Source: Mobula birostris
Taxonomy: Eukaryota
Assembly: GCF_030028105.1 (NCBI RefSeq)
Contig: NC_092371.1
Span: 14,219,884-14,283,883, forward strand
Direction: 5' to 3'
DNA length: 64,000 nucleotides
Below are positions 38,301-49,070 of the stretch, piece by piece; position 1 is the first letter of the stretch; every line of letters begins with the position of its first letter. The position numbers and the translations under genes are program-made. Below the pieces are notes generated by a model, which was not told the DNA's origin, did not search any database, and worked only from the letters and a program-made list of their open reading frames with translations.

Positions 38301-39139
38301 CAGAACAATGTAAAAATACGCATATCAGTCAACAAGCGGTATAGAAATTTTAAATGAACGAACACTGAAATACATTGGTTTCAAGGGGGACCAATGTCTG
38401 TGGTCTTTAGAAGAATTGGATATAAGCTCACATGACCTGCAAATTGCATTCTGGGCCTGTCCAGGTTGATGAAGAGTTAATGATTCTCTTGCATGAAGGT
38501 ACCTAGAATGACGGTGACGCTTTAAAGATAGGGTTGCCCTTTCAGAATTGAGATGAGAGGTAATTTGTTCAACGAGAATCTAAATAAATCTCCAGAATGT
38601 TCTACGCGGATGGCATTCAGATCTTTGTACCTGCTCACATGTAAGACCGAGCTGGGTCGATTTTTAGATGATAACTGGAAACCCAGGTCTTGGATTAGTG
38701 TAGGAAAATGGCACCAAGGTACCAAGCCAACCACGTCCGTATTTAATGTGAATAAGGATGATGAACATAGTGTTGCTGTTACAAAGGAAGCGCTCTGCAG
38801 GGTGACAAATAAAGTATATGGGACACACGGTTAAGAGAGGCAAATGAATGTCACTTGACACCATTTGTTTCTCGACTACGGTTTAAGCAACCTCGTCCGC
38901 ACAACACTTTCCACGCGTGCCTATGTATCAAAGAGCGCCCGTTTCAGTTAGGCGCAGTCACTGACCTTGAAAGCATAAACAGGAAACCTGTAGCGTGAAT
39001 TGGCACGGTGCGGTACTTTCCACAGAATTAACTTTAAATGCTAGACATAATTACGACATCCGACCTGCATTTTGTTTCCCTTCCGAACCCACCGATATCT
39101 GGGCAATCTCTCGGTGCACAATTCGCAGCGACTGCGACA

Positions 39140-39182
39140 GTGAGCTTTTCAACGGTCTGCGTCTTGATCTATCTCCTTCCAG
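39140..39182 (+). pseudogene. Divergent A-type leader exon, GTG in place of ATG (VSFSTVCVLIYLLP), no V exon found downstream
   Basis: Same 43-nt length and phase-1 donor G|gttagt as the gene A leader; V..L.YLL conserved; preceded by the AAACAGGAAACC motif at similar spacing. An in-frame upstream ATG exists at 39038. Confidence 0.6.
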
Positions 39183-39255
39183 GTTAGTCTTCGCTGCTTC
39201 GAATTTGATTGGGAAGCAATTCTTGCGCCAGATCATTGAAGAGATTGCTTTAGGA

Positions 39256-39337
39256 CAGGGGTTCCCAATCCTTTTTTATGCCATGGAGCCCTACCATTAA
39301 CCAACGGGTCCGCGGACCCGGTGTTGGACACCCTCTG
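39256..39337. mobile_element. hAT-type MITE
   Basis: Imperfect TIRs CAGGGGTTCCCAA / TTGGACACCCTCTG, flanked by a near-identical 8-bp TSD CTTTAGGA / CCTTAGGA. Confidence 0.75.
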
Positions 39338-41559
39338 CCTTAGGAGAAGATTGGTTCATGTGGAATTGTTCCGGGATAAGCAAAGTGCACCTTGTTACAG
39401 CATTATCATAGCTTCGCGTAAGATCTCAAAATGACTATCCTGACACATATAAAATATGTCATATTGACTTTTGGAACAAGGACAGAGGATTTACTTGTCC
39501 TCCGTAGGTCAGAGATATCCATCAATGAGGATCTCTGAAATATTATTGATTATTGCATTACTGGCCCCTTCCAAGGACTTTATCTGTCTGATGTCTAATT
39601 CTATTTCTTTTTTTCTGTCTCGTTATCCTTCTCTCTATCCTTTATGATCGAGTTTAATCCTTAGGATGTAGGTCCCAATGCAAATGAGGAATCCTAATAA
39701 TCTAGTGAACGGGCAGGGCATTTTACGCAGAGTCCGGTCTATATGTATATTTTACAAATAATTTGATACAGCTTTACCCAGATAACATCTTGATGAATTT
39801 CTTCCTTTCGTACTTGTTAGCCCTCAGCAGCTCCGAAATAAATCCTTTTCTTCTGTTTCCTGGATATTTCCTTACGCCGCAGGCGTTCTCTCCCCTTGCG
39901 TTTTTTCTCACTGTAATTTTGCTGGATACCTATATTAGCGGTGAATAACAACTTTAATAAAAGACCACAAAATAACAAGCCACGAGGAACCACAACACCA
40001 TAGTTAAAAGAAACTAAGCAAAACAGGCGACAAGGTATACTCTCGCCAGGGAGAGTAAAAGCTAGGAGCAACGGAATGAGTTCTGCTGGTTCGATGAGTG
40101 AATAAGGACTGTGGATGAAAAGTGGGGTTAAAAAGGCTGCAGGTGAGGAGTCTCGAAAGAGTGGCAGGTGAATCCAAGTATCTGAGTGGAAACTGGGAGG
40201 TGCTTGTATGTGAACGTTGTAAGGTGTCACTGTCCACTGGTACATAATTCCCTGTCAACCCGCTTTTCCTGTTCATGGTTTATGCTGCTTATTCAGAATT
40301 AATCTTTTGACGTAAAGTTCCCTGAATGACGATATGGACTGACGTGTCTTTTCACTCATGATTGTATAAGACCGCATAGCTTCAATCGGCAAGGCCACTA
40401 CAATTGGCATACCCGTTTCTCATTGCTACCATCAAGGAGGAGTTACAGGATCCTGAAGACACGCACACCATTTCAGGAACAGACTTCTCCCTCTACCATC
40501 AGATTTCTGAATGGACAATTAATCCATTACACTACCTCACAATTCTACTTCTGTTTTTGTACCAGTTACTTTATTTAATTTTTATATTTGCTTCTTATTG
40601 TAATTTATAGTTTTTACTATTATGCATTGCAATTTTCTTCTGCCACAAATCAACAGATTTCACGAAATACGTAAATGATATTAAACCTGATTCTGATTCT
40701 GAATCTCAAGACGGGGTCAATTCAGCACTTACCAGGTTGCTTGACTCACCTCCGATGTGCGGAGGTCAGGAGAGCCCACAACGAAGAGTGTGGAAAGGGG
40801 GCTGGGGTGGTGGGAGGTAAGGGGAGAATGGGCAAGGGGACGGAGTGTGTACGAAACCACCACTATTAATAGATTCACGGCATTGGTTTGGTCTCCAGTT
40901 TTGGTGGGGACTTTCTCTGCTTGAGAAGGCACCGAGTCAAATACTTACACAATAAAACACATTCGGTAAGACGCACAGGAGACCTAGGTTTGATTGCCGT
41001 CAGTAGACACACTGCTTTAGATCTAAAAATATTTGCCACTCTTATGGTAAGTGTGGGATGATTTAGCTCAAGTTTAGCGCACTGGCATTCAACCGCACAC
41101 ATGTATGTAGCCAAATGAAAAGTCATTCCTTCTGGTGAAGACGTACAACACAGTGCAGATACCTCCCACACAACACATAATATAATATTACCACAAATAA
41201 AAATAAATTCTAGCAGGTTGACATTTAGTCACTCTTCACTTCATCAGCGATTCCCAGAAAGCTTCGCGATATTGTTTCCCTTCAGCCGAGGCTCAGAGTA
41301 GTTCTGATGAGACAAGGGTATCATATATGAACCACAAGATGGAGTTATAGGAAATTCATATTGATTGAGCCGTTTTCTCCAGGTGGAACTAAGTTATATG
41401 ATAGGCGTGAGGAGGCCATTCGGACTGATCCGTCTACTCACAGTTAATAAAAAAAGTTAATCATCAGATTTTAACGAAACAATTTTTCGACGTTCTTTGC
41501 CGTTTCCTCGAGAGAATTTTACATTTCTTCTAGTCTCTGATGCAAAGAATTCCATAACG

Positions 41560-42840
41560 TCACTCGTGAAACCCTGGCCCTGCATCCTCCTGTTCGAGGT
41601 TCCCCGACTACTGCCACTAACATCTTAAAAACTAATCATATCACTCTTATTCTTCTTTGACTATGGATGGTCCTTCCCTCGCCTCCCCAACCCCCACAGT
41701 CCTACTCCCTGACCTACTCCCCGTAACCTTTGATGCCACGGCCGATCAAGGACCTATTAACCTCCGCCATAAATACACCCAACAACATCACCATAGCTGC
41801 CCGTGGTAACAAATTCCGCAAATTCAGTGGCCCCCTAATGAAATTCTCCGCATCTGTTTTAAATGGACTCTCCTCTATCCTGAGGCTGTGCCCTCTTGTC
41901 CCAGGCTTCCCCACCAAGGCAAGCATCCTTTCCACATCTACCATGTCTCCGCCTTTCCACATTGAAAAATTTTTAATGAGATCCCCTCCACCCATCCTTC
42001 TAAATCCAGCGAGTACCTGTCCAGAGCTATCAAGCGTTCCTCATATGGTAACCCTTTCATGCACAGAATCATCCATGTGAGCCTCCTCTGAACCCTCTCC
42101 AATGCCAGCACATCTTTTCTTAGAGAAGAAGCCAAAAACTGTTCATAATACCCAAGATGAGTCCTCACCAGTGCCTTATTAGGCCTCAGCATTACATCCC
42201 TGCAGCGTTATTTCCAAACTATTAAAGGGAACCGGAAGATTGTACTGAAACTTTAAACACAGTCTGAGGAATGCTTCTTGTAAAGCATCTCAGGCAGTCT
42301 TTAATCAGATTATACTTGCTGATTTGTGAGCAGTTTTGGGCCCCTTATCTAGGAAGGAATGTGCTTGGGGAGGATCCAGAGAAAGTTGACGAGAATGATT
42401 CCGGGAATGAAATGCTGAACGTATGAAGACCGTTTGATGGCTGGAGTTTAGGAGAATAAACTGGAGTGGGGGATCTCAGTGAAACATACTTAACAATGAA
42501 AGGTCCAGGTAGACTGGACGTGGAGAGGATGTTTCCTATAGTGGGGAGGTCTGAGACCAAAGACCCAGCCTCAGAATAGAGGGACATTCCATTAGAACAG
42601 AGAAATTTCTTTATCGAGTGGGTGGTGAATCTATGGAATTCGTTGCCACGGACGATTGTGGAGGCATATTTAAAGCGGAGTTTTATTGGTTGTTGATTAG
42701 TAAGGACGTCAAAGGTTACGGAGAGAATGTAGAAGGATGGCGCTGTGAGAGGGATAATAAATTGGTCATAATGGAATAGCGGAGCAAGCTCGCTGGGCTG
42801 AATGGCCTAATTCTGTTCCTGTGTCATGTGGTCTTATGGT
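41560..42840. mobile_element. Two oppositely oriented CR1 3-prime fragments
   Basis: LERVQRRLT motif on minus (41938-42192); CR1 tail on plus (about 42290-42840). Confidence 0.75.
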
Positions 42841-43436
42841 TTTTGATTTAAAACCACGCTGTTTTCCCTCTCAGGCCAAAGACTTCTTGATCCGATGCGG
42901 GCTTTTAACTTCTCCAAATGCCTCTGCTGTTGTCCAAACAGCGGTCTTTACTGCTCAAATTCAAGAGTCAAGATCGTTTATTGTCATTCTTCAGCTATAT
43001 CGAATAAGAACGATTGTTTCTTCGATGCGATGCAGCATAAAAACATAATGGAAACACAAAGTACAATAAATACAGAGTCAATCCAATAAGACGGATTGTA
43101 CAATAACTGAGCTGCAGCGTAAGTTGAAACCAGAGGCGGAACAACCCCGAAAGTGACCGTTGATTACTGCAATACAGTTTTTTAAATAACGTTACAATAT
43201 ATTTAATTTATAGGAAGGTAAATTCAAAATGATAACACAGAGGAAAGCTTTGAGAGGAGATTTACGCACACTATGCAAAAAAGACTCAGTTCTTCACTTA
43301 AGGTTTGGAATATGCCAGAATCGCGACATCAGTGTTAGTCCAACATTCTATTGACGTATCAAATGAGCCCGCACAAATCTTGTCAATCCTGTAGCGTCTG
43401 ATGATTCGATCAGTGGGTTTCAGTGTGACCCCAGGT

Positions 43437-43475
43437 TCAGTCCATTTCTTCGTAACCCTTCAACCAGATTCTCAT
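43437..43475 (-). CDS. Gene B putative exon 6, terminal MRIWLKGYEEMD-stop
   Basis: Acceptor catcctctccccgcag|, phase 0, short terminal exon with a Tyr motif as in gene A. Alternative acceptors exist nearby. Confidence 0.55.
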   Translation of the reverse strand: MRIWLKGYEEMD

Positions 43476-46400
43476 CTGCGGGGAGAGGATGTTGCAGCGA
43501 ACTCGAAGGAGGCGTGAAGGATCGGTGCTTGGGACTGGAATGTATAGCAAACATTGGCAATCAATGATATCGCACAGCATGACCTACCATTTTGCAACAA
43601 TCATGACTGTGCCAACTTTCCTCTGCGAGGTAAACCCTTAAGTAACTGCAGCAGATTACTAAAGTATGGCTTCCGCTTCATAATTCCCTGTTGACTCCGT
43701 TCATACCCATCATTATTTTGTACCCAATCCGAAACATCAAATTTGTGAATCTTACAACGGGTTGCAGTCACCATACGTACCTGAGCCGCAGTGCCGTGTA
43801 CTTGGTGCGTCGCCAATTGACGATGGGTCCCTGTGCAATGAAAGAGCACGAATTGGAACAATTATTTGGTCTGGCCAGCTTATAATTACTTACAGAAATG
43901 TCATATGTCAGCAATCCTAATATGACAGTAGACCCCAGTAAACCAGCTGTCGGGCTATGCTAATTACTTCAAATTCACCAGTGGTTCTCAGATGTGTCGC
44001 GACTTTCTTATTAATTTCCAAATATGACAATAAACCCCAACACGAGAATATTTCTCAGATACACAGACCGCTCCGTCATGGAATCCCATGTGCCAAGCAG
44101 GTGCTACACTTTGCCCAAGGTTGACCTGCAAGCTAGCAGAGGGAAAGAGGGCCTTACACCTCCTTTGGTCGAGACGTATCTCCACCCCTCCGCCCAAAGT
44201 GAAATTATAACATTTTCTCTGTACCATATTAACGTATTCATTTGGTATAATATCTGATCTGAAACCGATCCGGAAATTTTACAAGGAAAAACAAGAAGTG
44301 AAATGAGAAATATGAGAAAACACCTTATACACTTGAACGTACTTAGATTAATACTACCTAGGGCAAAAGTAGGAAGAGAAATAACAGATATTAAAAATCT
44401 ACACAACAGTTAGATAAAACTTTTAAGGATACTAAACTTCAATGAAAGCACAATTCAGAAAAATGAAAGAATTATCATCACAAAAAAAGGGTAACCAGTG
44501 GAAGAGCATAACCTCCCATGGAAGACTTTCCATGATCCGAGCAGACCAGATGTCGACAAGGAAATGTCGAATGCCTGGCTCAGAGTTGAAGAACTCTTCC
44601 TTGTGGCAAGACATGACTAGGTGGGTAACAGAAAACATCAAAAATATATCATAAAAGACCAACAAATTGAAGACTATAAATTCAAAAAATGCCCAGAAAA
44701 CCGGCAACAATCCAACATATTACAGGACACTGCAGCAATTTAACTCAATCTGATTACTTACCCAGGCACTACTCATAAAATCCAAACTCATAAAAGACAG
44801 TATACCCTACTCCAAATATAAGCCTAATTCAATTTTAGATTCAAATTATATTATGACTGATGCATTATTACTGATAGGGCGATCTATAATAGCTGCCTGG
44901 ATTATATATTACAGGAAAAATCAAGAAAGAACAACTGACTTAATAGATATAGCCATTCCAAACACACTTAACTTAGAGAAATCACAAAATGAAAATCATC
45001 AGATATGTGCAGAATTAAAAGAGAAAATTGAAAGTGTATAGATCATGAACAGGGTGTATGTTGTCCTAAAAGTGATATCTACAACTTGTATCTCCCCGAC
45101 GTCTCTACACGGTTGGATTATTCTTTTAGGTCTGCACAGCAATATTTCTATAAACTTTCAGACAGCGACAATAATAAACACCTCTAGAATAGTACAAAGT
45201 TCCTAGCAATTGAGACTATTCTTGGCTATGTCCATACCTCAGACTTCACCAGATTGGTCCAGGAAAAATAATTCAGTAAGAATAATAATATGAGCAACAT
45301 ACACAGAGACACCACTGATGGTGGGATTGAGTACTCAGACCCCTACCCCCTGAGATTTCAGTCTAACTCCCCGCCACCACTCCCCTCCGCCTCCTCCATT
45401 CGAAACCCATTGACAGCAATTATCACACGGAGCCTTGAAACAGAGACCACAGTAACTGTTAATAGTTATATGGATATTTCTGGGAAAAGCCAACCCTCAC
45501 CTGATCTCCGCTCTTTAGAGATCCGAATAATAATTAGGATAACCAGGAAGGCAAGGATCCCAAAGCGGATCACTGTGGGAAGACACCAGCCTAGAGAAAG
45601 ACAATTGTTGTCAGGTGAAATCATGGTTTCCAAGCACATTTTATTCGAGCTTTCATTTGGTTGTAATAGGAGTGATTTTACATCAGTGGATGCTCTTTTA
45701 AATATTTATTTAAAATTCTTTACTCTCATAATTTTAGAAAGCTTTTGACTTCTGTTGCATGTCGTGCCCTGACCAACACACTACAGCAAATTCCCAATAG
45801 GTGTAAATGTATACGGTGAAAGGTTTGACCTTTGATCCTAAGCTATAATGTACGACCAGAAACCCATGGCAACGTTAACCAAAGAACGACTCAAAGAATG
45901 AAATAACGCATGAGGCCATACGGCTCCTCAGACCGTTTCTTCGCTTTGCCTCGCAGCCACCTTGACCTTTCCAATCATTTCCCTAGCTGCCGTGTCTAAT
46001 TCCCGGAAGCCTTTCCCAACCATACTGTGAGATCGTCACGGACATCAAAGACTTAAGAAGGAGGTTCAACCCCAGCTGTTCAAAGGCCAGCCAGTGGTGG
46101 AGATAAGCAGATACTTAAAAACGAATAAGTACAAATTAATGTTGACTGTGACGTTATTAAACCAGCGAGTTATTCCAGCAGACATAAGACCGTAAGACAT
46201 AGGAGCAAAATTAGGCCTTTCGGCCCATAGCGTCTGCTCCGCCATTCCACCACATATCAGTATCAATACTTTATGTACAAAACATCGCCTCACCTTGATC
46301 TGGTTCAATGGTGATATGGGACACGCTCTTGATTATCATCTTTCCCGCACCCCCGAGTTGTGCGATACAGGTGCAGACTCCGGCGCTCACCCAGGTTTCC

Positions 46401-47703
46401 ACTGGGACCGGCGCCTGACTTCTAACACTATAGCTCTGGTCTGGGTCAAGCCTGCCGGTATCGCTCCATCCTTCCGTGATCTGTCCGGATATGTTCCAGT
46501 AAGTGACAATATGGATGGAAGAAAGGCCGCCGACCAGACACACCAGGTGAACCGACCCGTTTCTCTCAGACGGCGGGACAAATACCAGCATGTAGGTCCG
46601 ATTGGTGGAGCTGTCTGGACAGAGATTGGGACATCGTTAACTGCAGCTTCACACGAAGTCCATGGCGGAGTATTATCCCACTGTCGAGTTCTCTTACCTC
46701 CAACCAGGAGTGTGGGTCCCTTCGCAAGCCACGAATGCCTTCTAGAACAGTAGTAGGAACCCGAATCCTCCACACGGACGTCCCGGAGTTCCAGCACTGA
46801 TGTGCGATCGCCAGAGCCTTTTTTGTAAGTGGTCCGACAGCCGGTTTTTTTGCATTCCGTGGATTTGATCGCTACCGGGGGTTCGTCCGCACGCTGTTTG
46901 TACCAGAACACAGGGCTTGCGATCTCCACTCTGTACGTGAGTTCGCAGGAGAGTTCAACCATCTGACCGATATCTGCTGTCAGTACAGCTGGACTTTCAG
47001 AAAGCGGCTTTGGTTCTGCAACTGGAATTATTATCAGTTAATTAAAATTATCTACTACGGAATCAAAGAAAGTCGGATTTGTCTTACTTGCTAAGGTATC
47101 TCAACAACACCTAACGTTCGACCAGAAGGAAAATACACGTTAACTAGGTCAAAATTTTATGAGTTTTCCTTTATTCATTTACACGATGTGTAGCCGGCAA
47201 AATTAGTTTGTCCATGATTCCGCAGGTGACTTTAAATTGAGATGTTTCGTGACCATATCAGGCAGGGCCGCCAAACATTCTGGATTGGGTTTCGCGTTAC
47301 ATACGGGCACAAAGAATCAGTGCGCCAGATACGAATCATCAATAGAAAAGAGCGAGACTTAACGAGAAAATTATTTAGAATTTATCTAGGTTGTTTTAGA
47401 ATCAGCATTAATAAGATTCTAGCTTTGTAACCCAGATTCATATAATTCACTAAAATTAATTTCCCCAATCTCGTGTGATATAGGATGCAGAGAGCGGGGC
47501 GAAGATCGTGTGGGTAACTTAATCCCGATCATTGATCTGGTTTTAGAACCGAGCAACATTTCCACTGGGATAACAAACATGCATGAACCCGTTTCTTCCA
47601 ACATTTCGGGCGATCTTCTTTTGAAGTTCTCAAGGCCGACTCACTCACCGCAAACACGAAACATCTGAACGGTAACGAACAGGGTCAAAACTTCCATCAA
47701 CAT
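43437..47703 (-). CDS. Gene B: non-rearranging VJ-C1-TM antigen-receptor-like IgSF protein with TM Arg, 292 aa in the preferred model
   Basis: Exons 47703-47649, 47021-46698, 46614-46294, 45590-45501, 43830-43781 and 43475-43437, all GT-AG, phases 1,1,1,1,0, 879 nt open. The last two exons are less certain than the first four. Confidence 0.82.
43781..43830 (-). CDS. Gene B putative exon 5, cytoplasmic (GTHRQLATHQVHGTAAQ)
   Basis: Strong acceptor ctctttcattgcacag| and donor CAG|gtacgt. Phase 1 to 0, mirroring exon 5 of gene A. Confidence 0.65.
43990..45290 (+). mobile_element. Decayed R4/Dong-like retrotransposon in gene B intron 4
   Basis: Paralogous to about 5830-7300; RLE-like remnants. 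Confidence 0.6.
45501..45590 (-). CDS. Gene B exon 4, stalk Cys plus TM with Arg
   Basis: GWCLPTVIRFGILAFLVILIIIRISKERRS. Acceptor ctttctctag|, donor G|gtgagg, 90 nt. Confidence 0.9.
46294..46614 (-). CDS. Gene B exon 3, C1-set domain
   Basis: DSSTNRTYMLVFVPP...VHLVCLVGG...YWNISG...DPDQSYSVRS...WVSAGVCTC. 83-bp upstream intron, donor G|gtgagg. Confidence 0.94.
46698..47021 (-). CDS. Gene B exon 2, V-set domain with degenerate J-like strand
   Basis: VELSC...VFWYKQ...SVLELRDVRVEDSGSYYC-SRRHSW-LAKGPTLLVG. Acceptor aattccag|, donor G|gtaaga. Confidence 0.95.
47649..47703 (-). CDS. Gene B exon 1, signal peptide MLMEVLTLFVTVQMFRVC
   Basis: ATG at 47703, hydrophobic core, donor G|gtgagt, in phase with the V exon. 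Confidence 0.85.
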
Positions 47704-47821
47704 CTGGACTCGGGTCGGTATTCGGCGGCGCTGTGATCGTCTCCCAGGAGTGGGACTGATTCCAGCCGCGGCTCTGTGCAGCCTCTTAGCTGCCATGGAC
47801 ACTGCTCGGTGCCGAAGTTCC

Positions 47822-47831
47822 GGGGCGGGGC
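47822..47831. promoter_or_regulatory. GC box (Sp1-type) upstream of gene B
   Basis: Perfect GGGGCGGGGC about 120 bp upstream of the gene B ATG, in a CpG-containing stretch. Confidence 0.45.
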
Positions 47832-48349
47832 CTATACATCCAACCTACGCCTTGTGCGTTTTGCACCAGGTTACCGCGTCTGTTCGTCACAAGATCAAAC
47901 GGCTATGGAGAATTGTTCAGAACGTCTGCCAAACAGAGCATGGTTTGACCATGGTTTCCAGGATGTAGACATGTGCATCGCTAACAAAAGCCGCATTCAT
48001 TTCCTCTTTCCCGCAGAAGCTGGCGATGAGTCAACTGTGTGTACTTACTGCAGCCCCTCTTGTAAGGGTACCAGAGACATTGGCTGAACACAGATGTAAA
48101 ATATAGGGTAATTCAGGATTTGGAGGAGAACCTACAGCGGTGTATTCCCGCCCCTGTTACACTTGAACTGCTTGCTCAGGGTTCGGGAAGAGCTGTTGGA
48201 GTTGTCTGGGAGAGTAACTGAAGTCAATTTTAATGGGGTTACTTTACAATGAGCAATACCGAGTTTGCCTTGTCAGAACTGCACCAATAGAGAGCAGCAG
48301 ATAGTATTCCATTGCATTCGTGACCTGTGTTAAGGTAGAAATTGATGGT

Positions 48350-49070
48350 GTTGTCAAAAAGTATTAGACTACTCGCTCTGGGATTACAACCTCTGACATG
48401 TTCTTGCAGTCACTATATTCATACAGCGAAAGGCGTTTATAATTCATGGTGATTCCTATAACGTTGTTGAAATGCGGAGGCTTGCAAGGCATTGGTAAGA
48501 CAGCAGTTGGATTATTGTGAGTAGCTTTGGGCGACTTATCTCAGGGAGGACGAGGTTCCATTTGAGATGGCATAGAGGAGGTTCACCAGAGTGACATTGG
48601 GAATGAAAGAGTTAGCATCTGAAGAGCGTTTGATGACACAGTGTTTGTACTTGCAGGAGTTTAGAAAACGGTGCTGCTGGTTGTGGTGGGGTGGGGTGGC
48701 ATCTCATCAAAACCAATCCAATATTGAAAGACCTATTTAGAGTGGAGGTGGAGACGATGTTTCCAATTGTGGGAGAGTCTATGGCCAGAGGGCACAACCT
48801 TAAAATAGTATGACGTCCCTTCAGAACAGTGATAAGGAGGAATTTTTTAGCAAGAGGGTGGAGAATCTTTGAAACACATTTCCACAGCTGGCTGTGGAGG
48901 CCATGTATTGGATGTATTTAAAGAGAAGATTGCCAGGTTCTAGATTGGTCAGGGCATCATATGCTTCGGGGGAAAGGCAGGTTGAAAGCGAAATAAATCA
49001 CACATGACAGAATAGTGGAGCAGGCTCGATGCGCTGAATAGCCGAATTCTGTTCCTATGTCACATGGCTA
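48350..49070 (+). mobile_element. CR1 3-prime fragment
   Basis: Decayed RT C-terminus and CR1 tail. Confidence 0.7.

Noticed and set aside
43585-43619. Possible 35-nt extra cytoplasmic exon in gene B (RKVGTVMIVAK)
   Set aside because: It would shift the downstream frame and lose the Tyr motif. The simpler model parallels gene A, though this cannot be excluded without transcripts.
46679-46686. Heptamer-like GACAGTG at the start of the B and psiB V-C intron
   Set aside because: Lacks the essential CAC, has no nonamer, and lies 3-prime of the J-like strand.
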